Assembly (NCBI GenBank): GCA_965217865.1
Contig: CBDCJO010000002.1
Coordinates: 1,792,001-1,856,000, forward strand
DNA length: 64,000 nt
Source of the DNA: Candidatus Latescibacterota bacterium
GTDB lineage: Bacteria > Latescibacterota > UBA2968 > SICM01
Direction of reading: 5' to 3'
The notes beneath the pieces were generated by a model. The model was not told where the DNA came from, did no database searches, and worked only from the letters and a program-made list of their open reading frames with translations. The position numbers and the translations under genes are program-made. Numbering within the stretch: position 1 is the first letter of the stretch; the number at the start of each line of letters is the position of its first letter. Below are positions 1 through 9,448 of the stretch, piece after piece.

Positions 1-129
1 TCGCATCACCTCCGGGACGCACATAACAGCGCAAAGCGCGTCTAAGTCCTCCCTCTTGGCAATGCGGTGGACAAGACGTTCGCTTTCAAACAGCAAGGTG
101 CCTTCCAAACTCAGATCATCAAGCGGCAT
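1..129 (-). CDS. GNAT (RimJ/RimL-like) N-acetyltransferase, 5' part; runs off the window start
   Basis: Manual translation MPLDDLSLEGTLLFESERLVHRIAKREDLDALCAVMCVPEVMR resembles the RimL-type N-terminus; SD AGGAG upstream. Confidence 0.6.
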   Translation of the reverse strand, partial: MPLDDLSLEGTLLFESERLVHRIAKREDLDALCAVMCVPEVMR

Positions 130-635
130 TTAGATTTCTCCTGGCATAAACATTAGGCCGGTGAACTCACGTTGGCGTACCTTTCGCCAAGAAATTTCTC
201 GGGACAGGTCAAAACAAAAAAGACCACGACACCCTATTCATGCCGTGGCCCATCCAACAAAAAAACGCCATCCTTGTGCGGATAGCGCAAATCGTTGTTG
301 CAATTTTTATCTATTTATGCCATACGGATGCCACTCCCTCGCACCAAGGGGATGAGCCATATTTTACACATAGTGGAACCTCCTTTCCAGAAGGCTGCTC
401 ACAGAATCTTTATATTGCTCTATACATCATTTAACTTACATCAAACTCAATCTCAAGTCAAACACAATAATCCTTCAATTTCTCGATACGATAGTGGAGA
501 AACCAATGTAGTCAACATCATTTTGTCCCGTAGATGCTTTCCCTCGCAGTCCCTCTTTTGTATGAGCATGGTAAGCCGTCGGATTATTCGGGACAATTCA
601 ATCGCCCGCTCCCCCGCACGGTGCAAGCCGATCTC

Positions 636-2058
636 TCAGGACCTGATTCCGCAGGCCAGATCGGTCAAGCTATCGTAAGTAGTGCACGTAGGTCACTCCA
701 TCGATCACTAAACGGTCGGTGTGCGGCAGGTCTTCTTCCCATGTCATTCGACCGCCCCAGGCATGGGGCGGCTTGTCCCGCTTGCCCCAGCGGTTGCCGT
801 TGTACCGCCGAAACAGTACGGTGCGACCCTCGCGGGTGATGTACCCCAGAACTATCACCTCCCGCTCGGATGATTTTTTCTCGATATTGAAAACGCGCAG
901 ACATTCGAACTCCTGTTCACCGATCTTCACGGCAAACATCCCCGAACTAAACACGTCCGGCGCGTCGGCTTCTCTTTTATAGGTACCGTCCGCCAGTTTG
1001 GTCATATAGCTTTTATCTTCCACAACTCGGGCACTACTTCCGAAGTCCCAGCCGAAATCCTCGTCGAGAAACGTATAAAGCTCCCGAGTCCCATCTGACT
1101 TCATCCGCTCGACGCCAAGCCACTCCACCTTCGTGTCGGTCAATCGACCCCAGACCTTGGTATCGCGATCCCTGTCTTCGGGTTCGCAATTGTAGGGAAT
1201 GAGGCCGTCTCGATTCAGCTCTCGTTGCTCTATTTCAATCTCTACTCCCTCTGTACCGTGAATGATAGCCCGACGACGGGCGATCATTTCGTTCGTTCTG
1301 GATAACCTCCAGGGGGAGCAGCCATCCATAGGCGGTTCGTAGTAGGCCCATCGCACCTCATCATCTATTTCCGGTACTATAAACCACCAGGTCAACTCTC
1401 GCAAATCGAGGGCAATAGGCTTCTTTGACAACCTGGTGATGGAGATCTCAGGCCGATGCTTGGGAAACGGCCCCTTCCTGGTTTTCCGGCTTTGAGTACT
1501 CACACTAATGCTCCTTTCCGTCACAGTAACGCCCAGCTCGCTCCGGACCATGTCCCTGCCATAGGACAGACGCCGTTTGACGGTTCCCGGAGGACAACGA
1601 TGGCGGGCGGCGATTTCGGCTATACTCAATCCTTCCAGGTAGAACGATTTCAGCGCTTCGCTTTCTCTTTCGGGCACAAGTTCGAAGGCGGATACGACGT
1701 CCTGCACTGCCCGGCGTTGACGCGCCTCAGCAACGCCAAAACGATTAACCATCATCGCGAGAGTTTCCGTCTCGACGAAGCGCTCCCGACGTTGAGTAGA
1801 GCGCAGGTAGTCGCTGCAGCGGTTGCGGGCTATCTGGTATAGCCACGCACGTACATTATTGGGCCCCCGAACGCGCAGACCGGACCATGCGTGCACGAGC
1901 GTCTCCTGCAATACGTCCTCTCCTGCGTCGTGCGAGCCCAACCGGTCGCGGATCAAGGCGGCCAGCGATCGCTCGTAGCGCCGGATCAGAGCGACGAAGG
2001 CCTGTTCGTCGCCGGCCCGGGTTCGCTGGGCCAGGATCTGGTCATTGAGGAATTTCAT
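636..2058 (-). CDS. ECF sigma-70 factor with long (~280 aa) C-terminal extension
   Basis: Region 2 (EDVLQET...WLYQIARN) and region 4 (LSIAEIA...GTVKRRL). ORF track ends at 670; an apparent 1-nt indel near 680 hides the ending YDSLTDLACGIRS* at 636. Confidence 0.85.
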
Positions 2059-2083
2059 GGGATCAAGCTCAATTCACCCAAAC

Positions 2084-2111
2084 AAGGCGGAGTTCGGAGG
2101 GAAAAGGTTCA
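2084..2111 (-). promoter_or_regulatory. Candidate autoregulatory ECF promoter TGAACC-N16-CGCCTT
   Basis: ECF-type GAAC -35 and CG -10 with 16-nt spacer, ~25 nt upstream of the sigma ATG. Confidence 0.5.
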
Positions 2112-2319
2112 ATTATGAGAGGAATTCTCGAATGGCGTGCCTCAACCTCGTCCTCATATCGACCTGGTTGTAGAGTTTCACTCCTTCCGCGTTCAACCAC
2201 CTCGTTAATTCCTCTTGACTCCGATTACCTACTCTCCGTATATTTTTTTAAGGAACACGAAGCAGCCCTCCCCCACGCTATGCCTCCCCCCTGTGTCAGA
2301 ATTGTAAGAGCCAAAACGT

Positions 2320-2745
2320 GTTCGACCTCAGGGTCCTAAGACCTGGCCGGGTTAACAATTGAAAACAGACGGGTACTCCAGCGGTGGCCTTGTGATTCCC
2401 TCCCGACTTGCACAGGCCAGCCGCGGTCGGGGTGGAGCTCCCTTGATGGCCCCTGTCTTTCGGGCCGCTAACTTAAGTCCCAAACCTCTCTGCCGACGTT
2501 GATTTTAGCTTACCGCCGGGAAGTTTGAACCTGTGCCCCCCCAAACTTCTCGCAGTTCATTCATTCAACTTCAGGTTAGGTCTCCCCCCCATGTGAGACC
2601 CACCCCTCAATCCCCTCCAAAGGAGGGGATTTTCATATTCAAGACGTATGCCCAACAAAAGCGAATAGACGACCCGCCCCAAGTGGTCCTTCACGACCCT
2701 GCTGTTCTCGTCCCGCTCCGGGGGGACCTTCCAGATTGATCGTAG
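2320..2745 (-). ncRNA. Candidate large structured ncRNA of unknown class
   Basis: Closing helix 2329-2335/2695-2701, at least six internal helices and a pseudoknot; G-U pairs favour the minus strand; no credible ORF. Confidence 0.55.
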
Positions 2746-3047
2746 TGTCATTTAACAGAAAAGGGTGGATTGGGAAAAAGCGTGAAGATTTTGAAGGCTT
2801 TGGCCTGATCCAAATTATCTATTTAACAAAGCGTAATTATAGAAGCTTGACGCCTCCATCAGCCAAATGGCAAAGGCCAAATATCAGAGTCGCCCAAAGC
2901 GCACTTGAAAAAAGCCCCGCTGAAATAGTGAATGTCTCAGGACACCAGCTTTCTACGACCAAGGTAAACCTATCGCTGGCTTCGCTTCGCTCAGGCGCAA
3001 CCAAATAGATGTCCGCATCTTACGGAAAAGTTGTAGTATAAGTGTCT

Positions 3048-3090
3048 AAAACCGAGATCCTTCGCCTTCGGCTCAGGATGACATTTTTGA
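3048..3090. repeat. REP/MITE-like repeat (GAGATCC..TTCG..GCTCAGGATGACATTTTTGA), copy 1
   Basis: Ends near-identical to the copy at 3897-4018. Confidence 0.65.
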
Positions 3091-3156
3091 TTTGAGCTGT
3101 CTGTAAGATTGGTTTAAAATCGATCCAATAGATAGTGTAGATAGAGGCAAGAGACG

Positions 3157-3603
3157 TCACCCATTTTGGTTTTTCTGCCTCGACTTCTTCCTCGGTGATG
3201 ACGTATTTAGAGCCACTTTAAGCACATTTTCCGGGTTCGGAGCTGCATGCCGAATGCGATGAGCCATAAACCAGGCCGTCTGATAGGAACCCAATCCTAA
3301 TTCTCTTTTCAGCTGCATAGCAGAGATACCTTTCTTGCTTGAGTAGAACAAATGAAAGGCCAGTATCCATTTATTCAGGTCAATATGAGTGGATTCCATA
3401 ACACTACCGACCGTCACCGTATATTGATCCCTACACCCATTGCACTGAATAACCCCTGCCCTGTGTGCCGTTCCGTTAAGCTTCGTTGATTTCCTCGATC
3501 CGCAATGGGGGCAAATCGGACCATTGGGCCAGCGTATCTTCTCCAGGTATTCAAAGGCCTCATCTTCACTAAGCTGTGCCGCTTCTGAGAGATTCATTTG
3601 CAA
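3157..3603 (-). pseudogene. IS1595-family transposase, truncated (zinc ribbon + HTH only, no DDE domain)
   Basis: CPHCG...CNGC zinc ribbon and SSKKGISAMQL...YQTAWFMAHRIR; 148 aa only. Confidence 0.85.
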
Positions 3604-3715
3604 CCTCCTTCTTTATGCTTATATTATACACACAAAAGAATACTTTGTAAAGCAGATAACCATTTTAAGTAGAGAGCAGGTGATTGTCGTGAGACACGGA
3701 AGCAGGCGTGGCCGC

Positions 3716-3862
3716 GTGAAGCGTCGATCAAATCCCGACCGTTCATATAAAATGCAAATTAAGTTACGATCTTACAGTAGATTACGCACGATCGAGGCGC
3801 TTCGGTAGTGCCGCACCTTTGGAATTGTGAATACGTGTTCACAATTGGGTTGGACCCACTAC
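3716..3862 (+). pseudogene. Decayed, internally deleted copy of the 5' part of the downstream YhcG-N/nuclease gene
   Basis: 3716-3790 matches 4065-4140 and 3793-3862 matches 4334-4403. Confidence 0.75.
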
Positions 3863-3896
3863 GAAGGGTCTCAACTGGAACAGGTGATTGTTTTCA

Positions 3897-4018
3897 GAAA
3901 AACCGAGATCCCCTTCGACTCCGTGGCCAAGACCGGCCACTCCGCTCAGGACAAAGCTTCGCCGGAGCATGTCCTGAGCGAACGAAGTGAGCCGAAGGGC
4001 TCAGGATGACATTTTTGA
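3897..4018. repeat. REP/MITE-like repeat, expanded nested copy 2
   Basis: Same ends as 3048-3090, with internal CGCTCAGGACA/TGTCCTGAGCG and GTGGCC/GGCCAC inverted repeats. Confidence 0.65.
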
Positions 4019-4064
4019 TGAGAACTGTCTCAAAGACAAAGAGAAATCGATAAACCTCTTTGCT

Positions 4065-5138
4065 ATGAGACGTCGATCAAAACCATACCGGTCAGATAAA
4101 ATGCAAATTAAGTTACACCCTTACAGTAGATTGCGAACAGAAGTCGTCCAGGCCCTGACTTCAGGAAAGGAGCAGGCCCGGCGGGCGGTGGAGGCCGTTC
4201 GTGTGGAGACGTACAGCCAGGTGGGCTGGCTGATCCACGACCATTTGCTCGGCCATAAAGAGCGGGCGGACTATGGGGACAAGGTGGTAGATCGGCTTTC
4301 GGGAGACGTAGGCTTGAGCAAGCGACTGCTTTACGAGGCAATTCGGTTGTACCGCACATTTGGAATTGTGAATACGTATTCACAATTGGGTTGGAGCCAC
4401 TACCGAGTGCTGTTGGCGGTGCCTTCAGCCCGGGAGCGGACGTTCTATCGACGGCAGGCGGACAAGGGGAGTTGGAGCGTGAGGGATCTGGAGGACCAGA
4501 TCCGCGCCGGTGCGTATTCCGAGAAGGAAAGGGGTACGAAGAAGGCCGGGCAATGGTCACGGGGAAGATCGAAACCCCTGCCCGCACTGCGCGGAATGCT
4601 CTACACGTACAGGGTGATCGATTCGCCTTCCGGAGAAGGTCTGCGGCTGGACCTGGGGTTCAACATCCACGCTACGTGGCCGATTTCCAGATTTAAAATG
4701 GGTGAACTTAAATCAGGCGAGATCGTGATGTCCGAGTGGGAAGAGGGGGATAGGGAATTCGTCTTTCGGACCGTGGAGGGACGGGCGGCCGGTCTCCACT
4801 GCTATATCGCCCGGGTTCTAAAGGTCGTCGATGGGGATACAATTTGGCTGGATATCGACTGCGGATTTGGGACCTGGACGCGACAGAAAGTCAGACTTCG
4901 CGGGATCGACACACCGGAGATCTCTACACCGGGAGGCAGGCGGGCGCTGCAATGGGTCGCGGATAGGCTGGCGGGGGCGGGGGTTGTGGGGGTGACGACG
5001 ACAAAACCCGACAAGTACGATCGATACCTGGCGGACGTGTTCTACCTGGAGGGAACGGATGAGCCGGAAGGGGTGGTTCGGGAGGGGAGGTTTCTAAACG
5101 GGGAGCTTCTGAAGAAGGGGCTGGCAAAGCGATTATAG
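4065..5138 (+). CDS. DUF1016/YhcG N-terminal domain fused to a thermonuclease (SNase) domain
   Basis: YhcG-N motifs (YSQVG..I, RADYGDKVVDRLS, LGWSHYRVLL, WSVRDL..QI) and SNase motifs KVVDGDTI, VRLRGIDTPE, DKYDRYLA; start 4065 or 4101. Confidence 0.8.
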   Translation: MRRRSKPYRSDKMQIKLHPYSRLRTEVVQALTSGKEQARRAVEAVRVETYSQVGWLIHDHLLGHKERADYGDKVVDRLSGDVGLSKRLLYEAIRLYRTFGIVNTYSQLGWSHYRVLLAVPSARERTFYRRQADKGSWSVRDLEDQIRAGAYSEKERGTKKAGQWSRGRSKPLPALRGMLYTYRVIDSPSGEGLRLDLGFNIHATWPISRFKMGELKSGEIVMSEWEEGDREFVFRTVEGRAAGLHCYIARVLKVVDGDTIWLDIDCGFGTWTRQKVRLRGIDTPEISTPGGRRALQWVADRLAGAGVVGVTTTKPDKYDRYLADVFYLEGTDEPEGVVREGRFLNGELLKKGLAKRL

Positions 5139-5377
5139 AAGAAATCGGTAAACTTAAATTAGTTTTCGCCTGGTTTGACATCAAAGACAAAACAACTATC
5201 TGTTTTCAATGGCCTGCAGGCGTGAGGTGGGTTATATTTTGAAGGAAGCGAACGAAATTCCATTCAACCAAGGCCTGTATCGCGCTGATGGATACAGAAA
5301 CCTGTTTCGCGAGAATCCGAGAATCAACCTCACTGTCCTGTGTGGCCCTTGTCACAAGGCCCACGAGGGATGGGACG

Positions 5378-5704
5378 ATGAAATACATCAATCGACATTC
5401 AATTTTGGGATTCTTGACCGGGACTGCGGTGACGATATGGTTTATCGGATCGCTCCTCGCATTGTTCGGGTGTGGATCTCAGAAATACGTCTACACGGGG
5501 GACGAGGGCTTTGGGAACAGCAGCGAGAATGACTGTCCGATTTGCTTCGTGAATGACAAGATTAACCGGTCGTTCCTGGCCGGCCACAAGTGCGGACCGG
5601 AGGCCTGTGCGGATCTTTTACAGTGTCTGTCGGGGCACCAATGGAAGCAGATTGTCGAGGCGTGCGAGATGAAGAAACAGCTGCAGAAGGAAAAATTACA
5701 TTGA
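5378..5704 (+). CDS. Hypothetical Cys-rich lipoprotein
   Basis: Signal peptide ending LFGC; CPIC and other Cys pairs. Confidence 0.45.
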   Translation: MKYINRHSILGFLTGTAVTIWFIGSLLALFGCGSQKYVYTGDEGFGNSSENDCPICFVNDKINRSFLAGHKCGPEACADLLQCLSGHQWKQIVEACEMKKQLQKEKLH

Positions 5705-5753
5705 CAACGGGCAAACAGCTCCCCCCAAGCCTGATCTTTATGACGATTCCCAT

Positions 5754-6428
5754 ATGAACTCCACAAATCGACCCACACGCATCCTGATCCTGGATAGCGA
5801 ACCCCTCGTCCTGAAAACGCTCGATCCTCATCTCAGATCTTGTAACTTTGATCCTGTGACCACCTCCCGCTGGACCGAAGCGATGGAAGTGATTACGCAC
5901 GACCCACCCGACATTATGCTTCTGGACCCTCACATGCCTACCGTTCAGGGAACCGCTGTCCTGGAATTCATCCAGGGTCAGGAACTCACCTTTCCTGTAA
6001 TCGTCGTGTCCGCCCACCTCGAAAGAGAAAACCTGGAGGTCCTCCGCCGCCTGGGCGCGGTTGAATTTATCCCCAAACCCTTTCAGTTGAAAGAGATCGT
6101 TGATACAATCCGAAAAACCCTGAAAGATCGGGCGACTCTGCTTAAGCCATTGGTCCGTGAAAATAGCCCCGATCACCATGCCGACGTCAAGGATTCAGAA
6201 CCGAATGGATCCTCCCCCCTTCCCGATGTGGAACAGGGATATACCGCCCTGGAGCAGGATATCTCGGAGATCATCGAAACGTTACCGGAGGCTGGCTCAC
6301 AGCAAAAGGATAAAAAACATCGTTATCGCCCAGACCATCAATATCGTTCCGGCCACCTTCTGTCCCGGAAGATGCTTGTCTATGTTCTGATGGCCCTTTC
6401 CGGTCTAATTTTCGTCATCTTCGGATAA
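5754..6428 (+). CDS. Response regulator receiver protein with C-terminal membrane segment
   Basis: ILILDSE, PDIMLLD..MP, VIVVSA, FIPKPF; hydrophobic C-terminus. Confidence 0.8.
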   Translation: MNSTNRPTRILILDSEPLVLKTLDPHLRSCNFDPVTTSRWTEAMEVITHDPPDIMLLDPHMPTVQGTAVLEFIQGQELTFPVIVVSAHLERENLEVLRRLGAVEFIPKPFQLKEIVDTIRKTLKDRATLLKPLVRENSPDHHADVKDSEPNGSSPLPDVEQGYTALEQDISEIIETLPEAGSQQKDKKHRYRPDHQYRSGHLLSRKMLVYVLMALSGLIFVIFG

Positions 6429-6507
6429 CACCCGAATCCAGGCCCACAAGTCAGCAAACTTTAGCCGTGGCAAAACTAATCATTTTTACAACCTGCAAAA
6501 TCGAACC

Positions 6508-6987
6508 GTGAGAACAGTCCTCCTGATCTGGATTCTCTTCGGTCTCGCTGGAGGTTTAATAGCGGGAACAAGGGTGGCCAAACCCGGAAAATGGTTCTTT
6601 TTCTGCCTCCTTCTCGGCCCGTTGGGCCTTCTGTTGGCGATATTCACAGGAAAACAATGCCCTCATTGCACAAACCGGATGCACGAAAATGCCGAAACGT
6701 GTCCAAAGTGCGGAAAACCCAGCCGGGAAGGGGATGAATCCGCCACCATCGAAGCGGAGAGCGAGGTCATTTCGGATGTGGAGGTCGTCGAACAGCTCGA
6801 AGTTCCAGAACAGGAGGCCCTCGAATTCTTGCGGCTTAAGCTTCGGGATTATCGTGAACAAGATCGTGAGAAAGCTCTAAGCCATATCTACGATCTTCTC
6901 ATCCGCAAGGGGTTTCCCCCCGGGGTCTCACGGAATGCCGCAATGCGGAAGTGGAGAGAAATGGAGGAGCCAAATCCGGAGGAATGA
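6508..6987 (+). CDS. Membrane protein with zinc ribbon
   Basis: Two TM segments (LLLGPLGLLLA) and CPHC...CPKCG. Confidence 0.65.
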   Translation: MRTVLLIWILFGLAGGLIAGTRVAKPGKWFFFCLLLGPLGLLLAIFTGKQCPHCTNRMHENAETCPKCGKPSREGDESATIEAESEVISDVEVVEQLEVPEQEALEFLRLKLRDYREQDREKALSHIYDLLIRKGFPPGVSRNAAMRKWREMEEPNPEE

Positions 6988-7035
6988 TCCCAGCCTAATT
7001 CACGATGGGTTTGAGGTAGGAGGACAAAGTCAACT

Positions 7036-7395
7036 ATGACGGAAAAAGCCGGCAAGGAGGAACGAACCTGGGCGATGCTTTGTCACCTTAGCCCGATGGT
7101 CGGTTACCTCCTCCCATTAGGAAATATCCTTTTACCGCTTTTGATCTGGAAGCTCAAGAAAAGTCAATTTCCCCTGGTGGAAGACCAGGGCAAAGAGTCA
7201 TTAAATTTCCAAATCAACCTTACGCTTTATTTCCTTTTCCTCATGGTGCTCAGCCAGATAGAGGTCCTCGCCGGATTCGCCATGGTTGTGTTCAGCGGGT
7301 TGGCGATTTTCATGTTAGTCATCCTTGTTTTCGCTGCTATTCGGGCCAACCGTGGCGAACGATATCGATATCCCTATACGATCGAATTTGTCTGA
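7036..7395 (+). CDS. DUF4870 (Tic20-like) membrane protein
   Basis: WAMLCHLS, PLLIW, QGKESLNFQI, GERYRYP. Confidence 0.85.
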   Translation: MTEKAGKEERTWAMLCHLSPMVGYLLPLGNILLPLLIWKLKKSQFPLVEDQGKESLNFQINLTLYFLFLMVLSQIEVLAGFAMVVFSGLAIFMLVILVFAAIRANRGERYRYPYTIEFV

Positions 7396-7609
7396 TATCA
7401 TACATTCTGTCTCCTCATGGTCTCCTTTCCAACCCTCTGAAATTTTCCTTGATTGAAGTCGCAAACCCGTAACTTAATCTAACTTGACAGATAGCTCATA
7501 AACTACCATACTTTGTTGGGACGAGATTGACCACTTTATCTATTTGATCATTTGTTTCACCAAAGGTATTGATTTTTCGGTTTATTTCCGGACGCAGAAA
7601 GGAAACGGG

Positions 7610-8608
7610 ATGAAACACTGGGAAGGAAAGTCCGTCGCAGTGACGGGAGCCGGTGGTTTCATCGGAAGCCATCTCACAGAAAAGCTCTTGGGCCTGGGCG
7701 CTTCTGTCACAGCATTCGTCCGGTACAATTCACGAGGTGACGAAGGATTTTTAAAATTGATTCCCACAAACCTTCGAAAGAATTTGGAAACCTTATCGGG
7801 AGACCTCACTGATGTAGAAAGTGGCGCCTTGATTTTTAAAGGCCGCAAAATCGATGTTGTATTCAATCTCGCCGCTAAAATTAGTATTCCATATTCATAT
7901 ACTCATCCGCAAGAAGTGGTCGATAACAACCTGACAAGCACCTTGAACATTCTTTTGGCTTCACGGGACGCAAACGTGAATAGATTTGTTCAAACGAGCA
8001 CAAGTGAAGTTTACGGGTCCGCACAGTTTGTACCGATTAATGAAGCACACCCTAAACAGCCACAATCCCCATATTCAGCCAGTAAGATCGCTACAGATGC
8101 GATTGCATTGAGCTTCCACTACACCTACGGATTGCCGGTTTCAATTGTCCGGCCGTTCAATGCTTATGGCCCTCGTCAATCTGCCCGAGCCGTGATCCCT
8201 TCGGTGATCATTCAGGCATTAACGCAAGATGAAATTTTAGTCGGGACGACAACGACCACCCGAGACTTCACCTTTGTATCCGATTTGGTTGAGGGATTTT
8301 TGAAAGTCGGTGAATCCGAGAATGCTGTCGGTGAAGAGATCAATGTGGGGTCCGGCGTAGAGGTTTCTATTAAAGACACGATCGCCAGAATTGTGGATGT
8401 TTGCGGGCGAGACGTGCGTATCCGAAATGATGAAGCAAGAGTACGTCCGGAGAAGAGCGAGGTACAACGCCTGCTCGCAGACAATCGAAAAGCCAGATCG
8501 CTTGTAGGGTGGAAACCAAAGGTGAATTTTAGAGACGGTTTGAAAAGGACCGTCGATTGGATCAGGGGTCACATTTCAGACTATGACCCAGGACGATATA
8601 ATGTTTAG
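7610..8608 (+). CDS. NAD-dependent nucleotide-sugar epimerase/dehydratase (extended SDR)
   Basis: TGAGGFIG, STSEVYG, YSASK, RPFNAYGPRQ. Confidence 0.92.
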   Translation: MKHWEGKSVAVTGAGGFIGSHLTEKLLGLGASVTAFVRYNSRGDEGFLKLIPTNLRKNLETLSGDLTDVESGALIFKGRKIDVVFNLAAKISIPYSYTHPQEVVDNNLTSTLNILLASRDANVNRFVQTSTSEVYGSAQFVPINEAHPKQPQSPYSASKIATDAIALSFHYTYGLPVSIVRPFNAYGPRQSARAVIPSVIIQALTQDEILVGTTTTTRDFTFVSDLVEGFLKVGESENAVGEEINVGSGVEVSIKDTIARIVDVCGRDVRIRNDEARVRPEKSEVQRLLADNRKARSLVGWKPKVNFRDGLKRTVDWIRGHISDYDPGRYNV

Positions 8609-8617
8609 GAGGTTCGA

Positions 8618-9335
8618 ATGAAGGCGGTTATCCTCGCCGGAGGTATGGGAAAACGTCTTCGTCCCTATACGTTTTCTATACCCAAACCTCTTCTGCCTAT
8701 CGGGGAGCGACCCATCCTGGCGTTAATTATCGACCATCTAAAGCGTTTCGGTGTTGATGAGATTATCTTATGTGTGGGGTATCAGGCGGAGTTGATTGAG
8801 GCTTTTTGCGGCGATGGGGGGAACTTTGGTCTGCGGATTTCTTATGTTAAGGAAAAAACGCCTCTCGGTACGGCTGGGCCCTTGTGTCTGACACAAGACA
8901 AAATCAAGGCCGATGAAACCTTCATCTATATGAATGGCGATATAATTACACGGCTCGATTTTGGAAAGCTTATCGAGTTCCACAAAAATGGTGGTTACGA
9001 GATGACAATCGGATATACCGCTTTTAATTATCAGGTGCCCTTTGGTGTACTGAAATTGAACGAAGGAGAGATAAAGGATATCGTGGAAAAACCCATTAGC
9101 GAGTATTCAATTAGTGCGGGAATCTATTGTATGACCGGAAGCGTAATAAAACACGTGCCGGGGAATGAACCCTTTACCTTGCCAGAACTGGCAAAGGCCC
9201 TGATTCGCATGGGAAAAGTTGTAAGGTGCGTATCCGATAGAAGAGTTTTGGGTCGGCCTGGAAAGTCGGGCCAATATCGATGACGCATTGGAGGAGATTG
9301 GTCGAATAGAGAAAGACTACCTGGAAAATTCGTAA
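8618..9335 (+). CDS. Sugar-phosphate nucleotidyltransferase (frameshift near 9225)
   Basis: ILAGGMGKRLRPYT...PKPLLP, PLGTAG, NGD; the shifted frame continues AYPIEEFWVGLE...ENS*. Confidence 0.85.
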
Positions 9336-9448
9336 CCGCGCAGTCCGTAATTCTGGCCTCCTAAAACCCGATCTGTTTTTCTCCTGCAAAAAACTCCCTT
9401 CGATCCTTCTTCCTTGTTCCCCAATAATATATTACCCCACACATTCTT

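Noticed and set aside
2320-2745. Structured element as RNase P RNA (AACCCGGC near its 3' end)
   Set aside because: It lacks the conserved GAGGAAAGUCC P4 5' strand
2812-2830. Degenerate left terminal repeat for the truncated IS1595 at 3157-3603
   Set aside because: Only 14/19 match to the presumed right end near 3643-3661, and no target duplication is seen
4364-4387. Palindrome as a CRP site or lac-type operator
   Set aside because: TGTGA-TCACA spacing is 8, not 6, and it lies mid-gene
3716-4403. Upstream copy plus gene as a DGR template/variable repeat pair
   Set aside because: Differences are not adenine-specific and there is no reverse transcriptase in the window
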